Part shown: piece after piece, positions 40,538 through 50,390 of the stretch
Layout: each line of letters begins with the position of its first letter
Position numbering within the stretch: the first letter of the stretch is position 1
NCBI GenBank assembly: GCA_000960865.2
Contig: JZWU02000008.1
Location: forward strand, 1 to 53,799
DNA length: 53,799 nucleotides
Direction of reading: 5' to 3'
Origin: Vulcanisaeta sp. AZ3
GTDB lineage: Archaea; Thermoproteota; Thermoprotei; Thermoproteales; Thermocladiaceae
Notes under the pieces: model-generated
The model's input: the letters and a program-made list of their open reading frames with translations, nothing else
The model's database searches: none
Told to the model about the DNA's origin: nothing
Translations under genes and position numbers: made by a program

Positions 40538-40902
40538 GCCACCAACTCACCACTGGCTATCTTGGGTAGGACCTCCTCCCTATGCTTGTTAGTTCCGTAC
40601 TTAAGCAAGGCGTACGCTATGTTATCGTTAACGATCTCTGTTATAAATCCAAGAGCTGGGCTATACTTGCTTAATTCCTCAACAACTACAACACTACCTC
40701 TAAGGTCGATACCTGGTCCCCCATACTCAGTGGGTACGGATGGTGTTAGGAATCCTTGCTTACCTAGTTCCTGAATTATATCTCTTGGGTAGTAATCCTC
40801 GTTATCCATCTTCCTAACGATCGGTACTATGTACCTCTCGGCGAACTCCCTAACACTACCCCTTATGAGCTGATGCTCCTCTGTTAAGAAGGGGTCTGGC
40901 AT
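39739..40902 (-). CDS. acyl-CoA dehydrogenase, tandem paralog
   Basis: ALSEP..GSD, GGFGY, IAEGTNEVQ. Confidence 0.95.
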   Translation of the reverse strand: MPDPFLTEEHQLIRGSVREFAERYIVPIVRKMDNEDYYPRDIIQELGKQGFLTPSVPTEYGGPGIDLRGSVVVVEELSKYSPALGFITEIVNDNIAYALLKYGTNKHREEVLPKIASGELVASYALSEPCCGSDAAAIETRAERVGGEWVINGRKIWITQGAYADVYLLFARTGKKEDRHKAITAFLVRKSDCVEISKLNMMGMRGAGEAELRFNDCHVSDDDVIGKVNDGFKIAMYTLDLARIGISAVAVGLSQGVLDEATNWAKTRTAFGRPLVDFEWIQFQIADMATRLELGRTFTYKAAWHYDNKDPNFVLYASMAKLYTAMMAVDIARMGVQILGGFGYSKESFSEMAYRDAKVLEIAEGTNEVQMMVVFRSLIKGAPEFEF

Positions 40903-40942
40903 AATTAATTGATTATATTTATGGGTTAATAAGTATTAACAA

Positions 40943-41470
40943 TCATGTCATAATTCTACCTGCTAGTAGGTATATAGTGATTATTAAGACGATTAGGATT
41001 ATGAATAGGGATAAGTACCAACTTAATACCGTTACAAATAATTCACCATTCACACCAATACTATTAACGATAATGGTTAGGCTATTAATGGCAGACGATT
41101 TAATAATTATCCTCTCTATTATGTAGGATATGTATATCAAGAGCATGGATATGGCAAGTGATAGCGCATCCATAGCCCCAATAAGCACTAGATACAAAAC
41201 TATACTCGCCATTAGCACCACTGAATATATAATTGCAAGTTGGGTGGGTATTGTGAAGCCCATGTACGTTAGTAAAGCAATGTTAATCATGAATAGGTAC
41301 TTATGGTACGCTGGTTTGTATGATACGAATACCATAGATAATATATTAATAATAATCCCGCTGAGGAATAATGTAGCAAATACATGCTCTGCCAGTGAGA
41401 GTTCTAGGAATAACCACAGCACGCTAACAGTTATATAAGCCGCGTACGTACCCACCCTCATAAACATCAC
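40943..41470 (-). CDS. membrane protein of the MoxR cluster
   Basis: Very hydrophobic ORF; start overlaps the upstream stop. Confidence 0.7.
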   Translation of the reverse strand: MMFMRVGTYAAYITVSVLWLFLELSLAEHVFATLFLSGIIINILSMVFVSYKPAYHKYLFMINIALLTYMGFTIPTQLAIIYSVVLMASIVLYLVLIGAMDALSLAISMLLIYISYIIERIIIKSSAINSLTIIVNSIGVNGELFVTVLSWYLSLFIILIVLIITIYLLAGRIMT

Positions 41471-42561
41471 TGGCCTTCTTTACTAAGACCCAGCAGTAAA
41501 GCTTGTTTCTTAGATCCTACAATTGCGTATGCCTTATTTAATTCTGTAGCTGTTGGTTCATCATCTACAACTCCTCTTATGTAAGCTAACGGGTATAATT
41601 CATTAGGGTCTATGAACTTCATGAAATGCCTTGGTATGTTTATGGTTACGTTGTTTGGGTTATTACTGAGTACCCTAATTCTAATGTCGCGTTCAAGGTT
41701 TGGTATTAATCCTCTCGAGATCGTTCTCTGTTCCACATAGCCCTTACTGATGAGTATTACCTTAACCTCAGGGCAATACTTGGTTACCTCACTAATTATC
41801 TGAAGGGCATTATCAATTGGCCTATTGCCATTATTAGGCATTAGCATTCTCGATGAGGAGTTAAGTATTATGGTCGGACATGAGCCATACTCATTTCTCC
41901 TAATCATCATTAATTCATTAATCCTAGCCGTAGTGATCCAATGTATTGATGAAGCAGGTCTCTCATAATCATACTCCATGAAATATGTAAAATCACCCAA
42001 TCTACCCTCCATCGATATGCCATGCTCACCAAAACCCATAGACCCAACGCTCATATCCATACCACGTGGTGCTGGATTTATCACTACATTAATTCCATCA
42101 CTTAGTAATAATCCTTCTATGGTCATTAATCCCATGGGCTCCCGGATAATCACAACGCCGCCAATAATCCTAACCTCGCCAATCCACCTACCAATCATAT
42201 CCACGGAACTATAACCACCATTTATTATGACTACGCGCTCCTCAGAGACTACGTGAGGTGGATGTATTAGAATTAACGATGCCATTAACTTTATTGGTAT
42301 CCTCGAGAAAACACTAACACCTAATGACGCACGAGCACCCCACATAACCTCTACTCTATCCTGATCAAAAGAAATCTGCGAATGGACTAGCACTAGGTTA
42401 GCAATTAAGTACCAAGCCATTACGTAGGATGTGAATACCAGGAAAAGCGCAAGACCGAAGTAAACACCAAATGCATTACTCATCAAGAGCCCTGCGTATG
42501 TAACGCTAGATATTGCCACGTAAATGATCAATAATTTATCACTTAGCTCTACATGAATCAT
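41467..42561 (-). CDS. divergent DUF58 protein
   Basis: GDF....EY.......IHW.TTAR..ELM.R. Confidence 0.8.
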   Translation of the reverse strand: MIHVELSDKLLIIYVAISSVTYAGLLMSNAFGVYFGLALFLVFTSYVMAWYLIANLVLVHSQISFDQDRVEVMWGARASLGVSVFSRIPIKLMASLILIHPPHVVSEERVVIINGGYSSVDMIGRWIGEVRIIGGVVIIREPMGLMTIEGLLLSDGINVVINPAPRGMDMSVGSMGFGEHGISMEGRLGDFTYFMEYDYERPASSIHWITTARINELMMIRRNEYGSCPTIILNSSSRMLMPNNGNRPIDNALQIISEVTKYCPEVKVILISKGYVEQRTISRGLIPNLERDIRIRVLSNNPNNVTINIPRHFMKFIDPNELYPLAYIRGVVDDEPTATELNKAYAIVGSKKQALLLGLSKEGQ

Positions 42562-43502
42562 GATCCATGGAACACCCTCTCCATTAATGGTGTCGGCACT
42601 TGCTGTATTAACTGCCTAATAACAACACTAGGATCAACACCAACAGTTATTATCCTATGATTTAATACATACGACGCTAACTGCTTTACATCATCTGGTA
42701 TTACGTAGTCTCTGCCATTAATTAATGCCCAAGCTCTAACTAACTTACTAAGCGCTTGGGCCGCCCTTGGGCTTGCACCAAGTTTAACATCGCGCATCTT
42801 TCTAGTGCCTCTAACTAAGTTAACTATATACCTAATTATGGAGTCGTCGACCTTAACTTCACGTACCATTGATTGCATGTTTATTAAGTCGTCCTTACTA
42901 AGCACAGTGTTTACGGAATCAACATTACCAAGATTAATATCACTAGCAACTTTAAGCTCAATATCCTCACTTGGATAATGGAGTCTTATCCTTACTAAGA
43001 ATCTGTCTAGTTGCGCTTCTGGTAGTGGGTATGTGCCTTCTAGTTCTATTGGGTTTTGTGTTGCGATTACTATAAACGGCTTCGGTAGTTGATACGACTT
43101 ACCACCAATGGTGACTTGACCCTCCTGCATAGCCTCAAGCAACGCAGACTGAGTCCTCGGAGGAGCCCTATTAACCTCATCAGCAAGAACAATATTGGCA
43201 AATATAGGGCCAAACTTAACCTCGAAATCACCAACCTTAGGATTAAAGACCAGAGAACCAGTAATATCGCTTGGGAGTAGGTCGGGTGTGAACTGAACCC
43301 TACCAAAGGATAAACCAAGAGTCTTGGCAAAGGCCTTAACAAGGCTAGTCTTAGCAAGGCCAGGGAAACCCTCAATAAGGACGTGACCACTGACTAAAAG
43401 ACAGGAGAAGAGAAGGCGTACTTCATTATCATATCCAATGACAGCCTTAGAAACCTCCTTAACCACTGCAGTAACAGCATCCTTAATGCTGTCTAAATTC
43501 AT
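42558..43502 (-). CDS. moxR: MoxR family AAA+ ATPase
   Basis: GHVLIEG.PGLAKT, RVQFTPDLLPSD, LADEVNRAPP.TQSALLEAM, PLPEAQLDRF, SPRA; ATG 43502 is the likelier start than 43562. Confidence 0.95.
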   Translation of the reverse strand: MNLDSIKDAVTAVVKEVSKAVIGYDNEVRLLFSCLLVSGHVLIEGFPGLAKTSLVKAFAKTLGLSFGRVQFTPDLLPSDITGSLVFNPKVGDFEVKFGPIFANIVLADEVNRAPPRTQSALLEAMQEGQVTIGGKSYQLPKPFIVIATQNPIELEGTYPLPEAQLDRFLVRIRLHYPSEDIELKVASDINLGNVDSVNTVLSKDDLINMQSMVREVKVDDSIIRYIVNLVRGTRKMRDVKLGASPRAAQALSKLVRAWALINGRDYVIPDDVKQLASYVLNHRIITVGVDPSVVIRQLIQQVPTPLMERVFHGS

Positions 43503-43545
43503 AGTTACATACTCATATATAATTGGGTTAAATAAGCATTTTAAA

Positions 43546-44802
43546 TCATCGTGGCCTAACATGACTAATTATTAGATATATGCTGTATCCAATAATCCAG
43601 GGCAGAGCGAGTATTAGGCCTAGTAGTATTTGGTATCCTACGTTACCATAACCAATAGCCATGGAAGAGCGCCCATAAAGTGGTACAGGTGTGAACATGA
43701 CCCACCCACCATCAACATATGATTCATCCCATAGGATGCTCATGGATGATGTGATAATATGTGTTTTACCGGAGCCTGTGCTGTAGAAGCCAAGGGCGAC
43801 CCGGGTCGGTACATCATAACTTCTCAACACATACATTGCTAAAGTTACGAAGTCAATAATCGAGCCTTTACCTGTCAATAGTAAGTTCTCCGGACCCACT
43901 GAATACATAGCTAATTTATACTCGCCACTAGCTAATCTATAAAATATGTCATTAACTATCATTAACGGTTTACCCACTTTACTTACCTTAAAGACCCCTA
44001 GTACCGAGCTATTCAAGGCTGGAATGGGGGCTAGGTACTCCATGGCGTAGAGCATTCCGTAATTATTAACCTGGTTGCTCAATTTTTTACAGAGGTATAG
44101 CGTGTAGTTAGCTGTTGTGATGGGTGTCTCTGCATATACTATATCACCGGGTTCCAGGAGCATTAGTTCTGTTCTTGGTGATACATTGATTATCGTTACA
44201 TTACTCACGAAATACCTTATTGGTGGTTGGAGGTTAATAATAATGGGGATTGGCACGATATGCGTGGGGCTTAAGAGGGTTACGTTAATCCTATACTCTC
44301 TGCAATCATAGGCATTACTAAACCATACGGTCAATCTTGATCCAGACTTATTAGCTGCTATTAGGGGTAATGTGTTGATCATGGTACCATTACCATAGGT
44401 ATTGAATACGAGGTACCTAAGAACCACAGGTATGTTAGATTGGACTATGGCCTCGAAGTATGAGTAATTACCTGAGGATAACTCTGTGGGTATTTTCACG
44501 GCTTTGTAACTAATCATGGGTATGAAATAACCAGTAAATGTCTGCCTAGCCGTAATCCCTTTATAAACACCAACATATACAAAATTCCCCAACCTTAATA
44601 ACCCGGCAAAACTCCCCTCATAAACTCCCTGCGGAATTATTACATAACCCGTGTAATTCAAATATGAGATTTCATAAACATTCATGGAATAAGCACTACC
44701 TATGTATGTGAGGGATGAGTTAATGGGTATTGATGGATCCGTTGGCGATGACGATGAAATAACCATATGCAATAACAAAAGCATTATTAAGGTGTTCATC
44801 AA
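43546..44802 (-). CDS. secreted or membrane-anchored transglutaminase-like protein with degenerate catalytic triad
   Basis: LLTGKGSIIDF..LAMYVLRSYDVPTRVALGF...LWDESYVDGGWVMFTPVP; N-terminal signal-like segment and C-terminal TM. Confidence 0.75.
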   Translation of the reverse strand: MMNTLIMLLLLHMVISSSSPTDPSIPINSSLTYIGSAYSMNVYEISYLNYTGYVIIPQGVYEGSFAGLLRLGNFVYVGVYKGITARQTFTGYFIPMISYKAVKIPTELSSGNYSYFEAIVQSNIPVVLRYLVFNTYGNGTMINTLPLIAANKSGSRLTVWFSNAYDCREYRINVTLLSPTHIVPIPIIINLQPPIRYFVSNVTIINVSPRTELMLLEPGDIVYAETPITTANYTLYLCKKLSNQVNNYGMLYAMEYLAPIPALNSSVLGVFKVSKVGKPLMIVNDIFYRLASGEYKLAMYSVGPENLLLTGKGSIIDFVTLAMYVLRSYDVPTRVALGFYSTGSGKTHIITSSMSILWDESYVDGGWVMFTPVPLYGRSSMAIGYGNVGYQILLGLILALPWIIGYSIYLIISHVRPR

Positions 44803-44814
44803 TTATTAAGTGAG

Positions 44815-45711
44815 ATGCGGATTAATAAATCATTCACACTAATACTAATATTCATGGTCATAGTAATAATAGCTAGCTCCAGAGCCGCATTGGGTAATTA
44901 CTATGTGGGCTTTTACAACGTGATTAACTGGCCAGTGCTTAGTGTTTCCATAGTTAATGGTACATCCACAAATGATGGTATAATAATAGTAATATCACCA
45001 AGCACACAAGTCGCTCAATACACTGTGTTTTCCGGCATCGCTCTAATAGGTAATGAATACCTCCTTGTTAACGGTATTATTTATGGCAATGGCACAATAT
45101 ACATAACATCAACAATACCAGTGAACACAACAGTAAGTACAAATACAAATAGTGTGTTTAACACAACGCAACCCATTGTGAATACCACGTACGGGGGCTT
45201 TGAATATATAGTTGAGGGTAAGCATATATATCGTGCCGGCCAAATACGCATTCCACCAATAAATTCCTCAAGGATTAGAAATATCACGAGTAATGTGGTT
45301 ATTAGAAATGTAACTTCCAGCGTAGTAGTACATGAGGCTAGTGCTCCCAGGGGACCTATCGTACTAATGAGGATTCCCATATACGTTTCATTATTTGCCA
45401 CAATATCGATAATAGCATTATTTATGTTAATACCAGCCATTAGATTCTACGTAGGCGATAATAAGGAGTGCATTAATAAGGCCTTTATTAAGCTTATCAA
45501 GAAACTCGGGCTTAAGGATTCATCATTGACCCACAGAGATATTGGTAATTACCTAAAGGACCACTTAATAGGTGTTGATGAGGGTCTCATTGATAGATTA
45601 ATTAATTATTATGAAACGACCATTTACGGTAATGATAATGTTAAATGTGAGGAATTTAAGTCCCTCATTAGGCAGTTAGTTCGTGAAAGCGTTCGTAGGC
45701 GGGGTGGATGA
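44815..45711 (+). CDS. membrane-anchored Thr/Asn-rich protein with DUF4129-like C-terminus
   Basis: Signal-like N-terminus, many NxS/T sequons, TM helix, SLTHRD...YYETTIYG. Confidence 0.7.
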   Translation: MRINKSFTLILIFMVIVIIASSRAALGNYYVGFYNVINWPVLSVSIVNGTSTNDGIIIVISPSTQVAQYTVFSGIALIGNEYLLVNGIIYGNGTIYITSTIPVNTTVSTNTNSVFNTTQPIVNTTYGGFEYIVEGKHIYRAGQIRIPPINSSRIRNITSNVVIRNVTSSVVVHEASAPRGPIVLMRIPIYVSLFATISIIALFMLIPAIRFYVGDNKECINKAFIKLIKKLGLKDSSLTHRDIGNYLKDHLIGVDEGLIDRLINYYETTIYGNDNVKCEEFKSLIRQLVRESVRRRGG

Positions 45712-46333
45712 AGCTGGGCGTGGGCCCATCATAGGACCCATGGTAATTGCAATTGCCGTTATCGATAATATGGATAAATTGAGAGCTATTAATGTTAGGG
45801 ATTCTAAGGAACTAAGTCCCCAGGGTAGAGCTAAATTGATGAGTATCCTTAGGTCTGTACTTATATACATGGATTATGAGATTATTGATACAGTAACAAT
45901 AGATAATTACGTAGTTAGAAGAGCCCTAAATAGGCTCGAGGCAGAGATTACGGCCAAGTTAATAAGGAGAGCTCTAAATAACCTAGACCTGGTGATTACG
46001 TATATCGACTCTCCAGATCCTAAAGCTGAGAGGTATGGTGAATTAGTTAGGGAGCTTGTGGACGGTGATGTTAAGGTTGTATCTATGAATAAGGCTGATA
46101 AATTAATACCAGTTGTTTCTGCGGCAAGCATAATTGCCAAGGTTACTAGGGATTCAATAATCGAGGAATTACATAGAGAGTACGGCGACTTCGGTAGTGG
46201 TTATCCTAGCGATCCTAGGACGATAAGCTTCCTTAGGAGTTGGTTTATGGAGCATGGTGATTTACCACCAATTGTGAGGAGGAGTTGGTCAACTATTAAG
46301 AGAATAATCGGTGGTTTAGATCAATATTTATGA
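45683..46333 (+). CDS. rnhB: ribonuclease HII
   Basis: GVDEAGRGP, DSK.L, KAD...VSAASIIAKV.RD, GSGYPSDP. Confidence 0.96.
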   Translation: MKAFVGGVDEAGRGPIIGPMVIAIAVIDNMDKLRAINVRDSKELSPQGRAKLMSILRSVLIYMDYEIIDTVTIDNYVVRRALNRLEAEITAKLIRRALNNLDLVITYIDSPDPKAERYGELVRELVDGDVKVVSMNKADKLIPVVSAASIIAKVTRDSIIEELHREYGDFGSGYPSDPRTISFLRSWFMEHGDLPPIVRRSWSTIKRIIGGLDQYL

Positions 46334-46375
46334 TTGCATTAAGTATAAATATTCCTTGGAAATAATTAATTTCGT

Positions 46376-46630
46376 ATGAGGATGAGCATAATCATAGCAT
46401 TAGTGGGCCTTGTGTTCATGATTGTTGGATTCGCGATTTCCTTAATTATGAACTATTCTTTATTATTAACTACATCATTATTCATCATTGGATTTTTACT
46501 TAACATTCTAGGAATTTTAATGATTAGTAGAGATTATGAGAACTTACTCATTGAAATTGAGGTGGAGAACAATAAACCAAGCCCCGAGGACATAAGAAAG
46601 AGACCATTAAGAAAGCCCAAGAAAGATTGA
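46376..46630 (+). CDS. small two-TM membrane protein
   Basis: Two hydrophobic helices and a charged tail. Confidence 0.65.
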   Translation: MRMSIIIALVGLVFMIVGFAISLIMNYSLLLTTSLFIIGFLLNILGILMISRDYENLLIEIEVENNKPSPEDIRKRPLRKPKKD

Positions 46631-46693
46631 TTATAGCCTTTCTAAGTAAATGCATTTATTTTAGACTTAGATCCATGAATTGTTGGTGATTTT

Positions 46694-47497
46694 ATGAGGA
46701 CAATATTAGTAACTAGCGGCACTAAGGGCGGTACGGGCAAGACAACAATCGCATTAAACATATCCACAATACTAGCCTACGAATTAAGGAACAAATCTCA
46801 ATATCCAGTCGTACTCATAGACCTAGGACTTGACAGCGGTACAGCCACACTACTTCTACTCGGTGGAATGGAGGAACATATACCGTATACATTAATTGAT
46901 TATTTCCTGGGTAGAGTTCCTGATCCGTTATCAGTAATGTACGTTAAGACTTGGCAGGTTGATGATGAGTCCTTCAGGTTAGTTTTTACGGCATCTTTAG
47001 GCACGTATGCAGGGCAGGTTAGGGTTGATAGGTATTTGTTGAAGGGCTTAATGAACGCTGTAAATGCCATATCACCCATATACACCATAATTGATACACC
47101 AGCACTCGGTTTGTCATACGAGATACTATCGTCACTACTCGATATAAGTAATAATGTCATTTTAATTACTGTACCAGATCATAGTAGTCTTAAAGCGGTG
47201 AACAATGTAGTAAATTTAATGAGAGATATGGGTATTGGTAATAGGTTGTTAAAGCCAATACTTAACATGCTTAACATTAAGTACTCAATCGACGCCTTAA
47301 GCGGCTCTCCATGGACGAAACTCATTAAGGACATTGTGGGTATCGAGCCTCATGTAATTCCATACGATGACTTACTCCCAATAGTTAGGCAAGCCTTGGA
47401 GATTGAGAGCCTTAAATTATCATTCTACGAGTCTCCCGCCGTAGATTCGATATTTAAGTACGTGGATTACCTAATGGAAACATTACCACCAACTTAA
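46694..47497 (+). CDS. MinD/ParA family ATPase
   Basis: Deviant Walker A KGGTGKTT, LID, IIDTP, LN; GGTGA SD. Confidence 0.88.
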   Translation: MRTILVTSGTKGGTGKTTIALNISTILAYELRNKSQYPVVLIDLGLDSGTATLLLLGGMEEHIPYTLIDYFLGRVPDPLSVMYVKTWQVDDESFRLVFTASLGTYAGQVRVDRYLLKGLMNAVNAISPIYTIIDTPALGLSYEILSSLLDISNNVILITVPDHSSLKAVNNVVNLMRDMGIGNRLLKPILNMLNIKYSIDALSGSPWTKLIKDIVGIEPHVIPYDDLLPIVRQALEIESLKLSFYESPAVDSIFKYVDYLMETLPPT

Positions 47498-49353
47498 TAC
47501 GGTAGGCTTGATGATGGCATTGACATTGATCCAAATAGCGCATGCGCTATGAATGGTGACAACGCATAAACAACCACTATTAATAACGTCAGCACTACAG
47601 CATGCCTAAATCCTAGAGATAACTCGCCCTCACCAAGCTTACCTGCTATTAAGCCCATTATGAATGAGTCTATAACCACCGTGAATGAGAATGAAGTTGC
47701 AAGCAAATTAACTAATGAATTCCCTACGGGACCCGCGGCAATGCCTCCAGGACCTATCCTAGTAAATATAGCAACTACAGAGAATATTATAATGACAAGC
47801 GTTATTATTAGTATTATAGATCCTATATAGGGCACATATCTGAGAGGCTTAAGTCTAGCCCTCATATTCTCCTGAACACTAACTATTGATGATGCAAAAT
47901 TAGCCAGCATATCGAGAACTTGTGGTGATGCCCCACCAAGGTCTATTGTTTCAGTAAGTAGGAATGTGAATATCTTTGAGTAATAACTGTGTAGTTTAGA
48001 CATTATTGATGAGAGGACATCACGCATTGGGACACCATACCTAATTTGCCTAACCATCCTATCGAGTAGAGGATCGAAGGCTCCATACCTCCTAGTATAC
48101 CTAAGAGTTTCAAAGGTCTTCTCAGGTGTGAAACCGCTTTTCCTAAGCTCCGTAACATCTCTCAGGAACTCTGCATATTCCTTATCAATTTCCCATCTCT
48201 CCTTAACAATTCTCTCTGAGTATATTGCAGTGGGTATGAATGAGAGTGCTAGAGTTAACCCGAAAACTATCGCGAAGTCCAGCGGTATTGGTAGCCCATG
48301 AATATACAACCTACTACTTAAGTCCCTATGGAATAATAAGACATACTCAAGGAAGCCTAGGACTGTAGCCATGCCTAATGAGACCGCTGCCCACTTATAC
48401 GGCCTATAATCAGTATAAGGTGATCTAAAGGCCGAGACCTCGCCAAGATATATAAAGGCTACCGAAATTGCAGGAACCACGAAAAAGCCGAACATGTAAT
48501 TAGAATTTATTGCCTGCATTAAGGCAGCATACCTATTGCCGAAGGGCGTCACGGCTTGGGCAAGGTAGAGAACATCAAGCCCTATTAAGAGAATTGCTGC
48601 AGATCCTATGTAACTCTCCATAAGCATGCCCAAGAACTCAGCGGCTCTATTCATACGTTCAATAGCATCTGCCACAATATCATGCAATCTAGTATTTATA
48701 TAGTGAATAACATCACCACCTGTCCTAACAGTCGTTATATATCCACTAATGAACTCCTTAAGCAATCTACTATTCAGTGCAAATGATGCATTCGATAGCG
48801 CCGTTAGCGGGTCCTCACCAAATACTCTAAACCTAATGTATGCCCACCGGGCAACCTTACCCATAACCTCGAGAATTTTAGCCTCGGCAATCCTCTCCAC
48901 AGCTCTAAAGACCGACAATCCTGAGTTCGTTATTGCAGATACATAGGCTACAAAGAAGGGTAATTCAGTATCCACTTTAAATGCCAGATCACTAGCTGTT
49001 ATCCTCGGCAGTGCCATCATTAATTCATAAATGATAAGTGGTACGAATATTAGTACAGCACCGATAACGACAAGCACAAAATCTCTAACGCCGTAGGGTG
49101 TCGTAAATAATAACTTCAACCTGAGAAGTATTAATACATTATTTAGATTCAGCACTATTAACATCGCACCTAATGGTGCTAATGCTACAAGCGTAATCAC
49201 TGTTATGAAGAGAACCCTAGCCATGTAACGCTCTGGGCTTACGAAAGACATCGATGCGTTAAGGCTTTTTAGAAGCTTTTCGTAAGTCTTCGTTTTCCTT
49301 AATTTAAGTACTAATGATCCCATTATCGATAACGCCAACTCGTCTAAATCCAC
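47494..49353 (-). CDS. type II secretion system F / TadC-like pilus platform membrane protein
   Basis: Two T2SSF repeats (ELPFFVAYVSA...SG; FLRDVTE..KSG...GG) and GLIAGKLGEG..GFRH. Confidence 0.88.
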   Translation of the reverse strand: MDLDELALSIMGSLVLKLRKTKTYEKLLKSLNASMSFVSPERYMARVLFITVITLVALAPLGAMLIVLNLNNVLILLRLKLLFTTPYGVRDFVLVVIGAVLIFVPLIIYELMMALPRITASDLAFKVDTELPFFVAYVSAITNSGLSVFRAVERIAEAKILEVMGKVARWAYIRFRVFGEDPLTALSNASFALNSRLLKEFISGYITTVRTGGDVIHYINTRLHDIVADAIERMNRAAEFLGMLMESYIGSAAILLIGLDVLYLAQAVTPFGNRYAALMQAINSNYMFGFFVVPAISVAFIYLGEVSAFRSPYTDYRPYKWAAVSLGMATVLGFLEYVLLFHRDLSSRLYIHGLPIPLDFAIVFGLTLALSFIPTAIYSERIVKERWEIDKEYAEFLRDVTELRKSGFTPEKTFETLRYTRRYGAFDPLLDRMVRQIRYGVPMRDVLSSIMSKLHSYYSKIFTFLLTETIDLGGASPQVLDMLANFASSIVSVQENMRARLKPLRYVPYIGSIILIITLVIIIFSVVAIFTRIGPGGIAAGPVGNSLVNLLATSFSFTVVIDSFIMGLIAGKLGEGELSLGFRHAVVLTLLIVVVYALSPFIAHALFGSMSMPSSSLPY

Positions 49354-49390
49354 ATTCTATTTCTCACATTCAACCTTAATAAACCTACCT

Positions 49391-49990
49391 CTATATTAGC
49401 ATGGTTAATGCATCAATGAGTATGTACACAGCAAAGGCGATAATGCCTAGAGCCGAGATAAGCCTCACTAGGAACTCAACTTTCGACCCACCACGTACCC
49501 TCCCTAAATAAACAGCATATGGAAATATAATTACCCAAATTAGAATTGCGAGGAATAAACCCACGACACTAAAAACCCCAAATATATTCATGAAGGATAG
49601 ACCAGCCGTTAACCACCAAAATATTTGGTACGGATTCGTTAGACCCATTGATATCCCCATGAAGTAATTAAGTATGGGTGACCTAGCATTACCACGTTCT
49701 CTGGGTGAGAATGTGTACTTAAGTATTGATATTGCCAGGTAAACCATGACTGCGAAGCCCATGAAATAAAGATAACGTGCATAATAACCCAAAACCCTAG
49801 AGAAGAAGTAAGTCAGCACCATAAGTATTAAGTCAGCGGACATGGCACCAAGACCTGTAGATGTACCATGCATGGGAGATCGCGTTGACTCAGCCGCTAT
49901 CAAGGCATTCATTGGACCAGGAGGAACTGCTAATAAAAATCCAAAGGCCATTCCAAGAAGTAACTCATACAATGCATAATACATGAACAT
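49391..49990 (-). CDS. LysE family amino-acid exporter
   Basis: LAVPPGP.N, GLGAM.AD, TNPYQI.WW. Confidence 0.9.
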   Translation of the reverse strand: MFMYYALYELLLGMAFGFLLAVPPGPMNALIAAESTRSPMHGTSTGLGAMSADLILMVLTYFFSRVLGYYARYLYFMGFAVMVYLAISILKYTFSPRERGNARSPILNYFMGISMGLTNPYQIFWWLTAGLSFMNIFGVFSVVGLFLAILIWVIIFPYAVYLGRVRGGSKVEFLVRLISALGIIAFAVYILIDALTMLI

Positions 49991-50035
49991 TGAAGTATAA
50001 TCTTAGTAATTAAGCTTTATGGGCTTGCAATGTTT

Positions 50036-50051
50036 CTCATGATATTATGAG
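50036..50051. promoter_or_regulatory. imperfect palindrome upstream of the LysE gene, possible operator
   Basis: CTCATGATATTATGAG, 14/16 self-complementary. Confidence 0.35.
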
Positions 50052-50131
50052 CGCTTTGCACAGGGTAATTACTTATGTGATGATACCTACGGTTATGGAT
50101 TTAAGAGTTTTGCAGATAGTTAAGGTATTAC

Positions 50132-50390
50132 AATAAATTGAAAGTCTCGCCTTTTATGGCATGGATTGCGGTTTTGTTTCGTTGATTCCTTATGAGGTTT
50201 TTATTGGGCAGAGTTTGAGAGTTAGGGCTTTAGCTTTCAATTTCCCTCATCCTTAACTACCATATGAGCAGGAGTCTTTACCCTTCGCAATTGTTTCTCC
50301 AATGGGCAATGAAACTCCGAGCGAGGAGAAGAACTCTCCAGCCCATTAGAGCGAGAAGCACTCCGCCCTTCAGTACAGGGAGGAAGTCAG
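50132..50390 (+). mobile_element. non-autonomous IS200/IS605-family element (PATE/MITE-like) with decayed ends
   Basis: Left end GAAAGTCTCGCCTTTTATGGCATGGAT and right end CTCCGCCCTTCAGTACAGGGAGGAAGTCAG resemble crenarchaeal IS605 CCCGCCCTTTAGGGCGGGG hairpin ends; no transposase. Confidence 0.72.

Noticed and set aside
50077-50116. Perfect C box GTGATGA followed by CAGA
   Set aside because: Only 40 nt, with no acceptable D'/C' pair or canonical D box.
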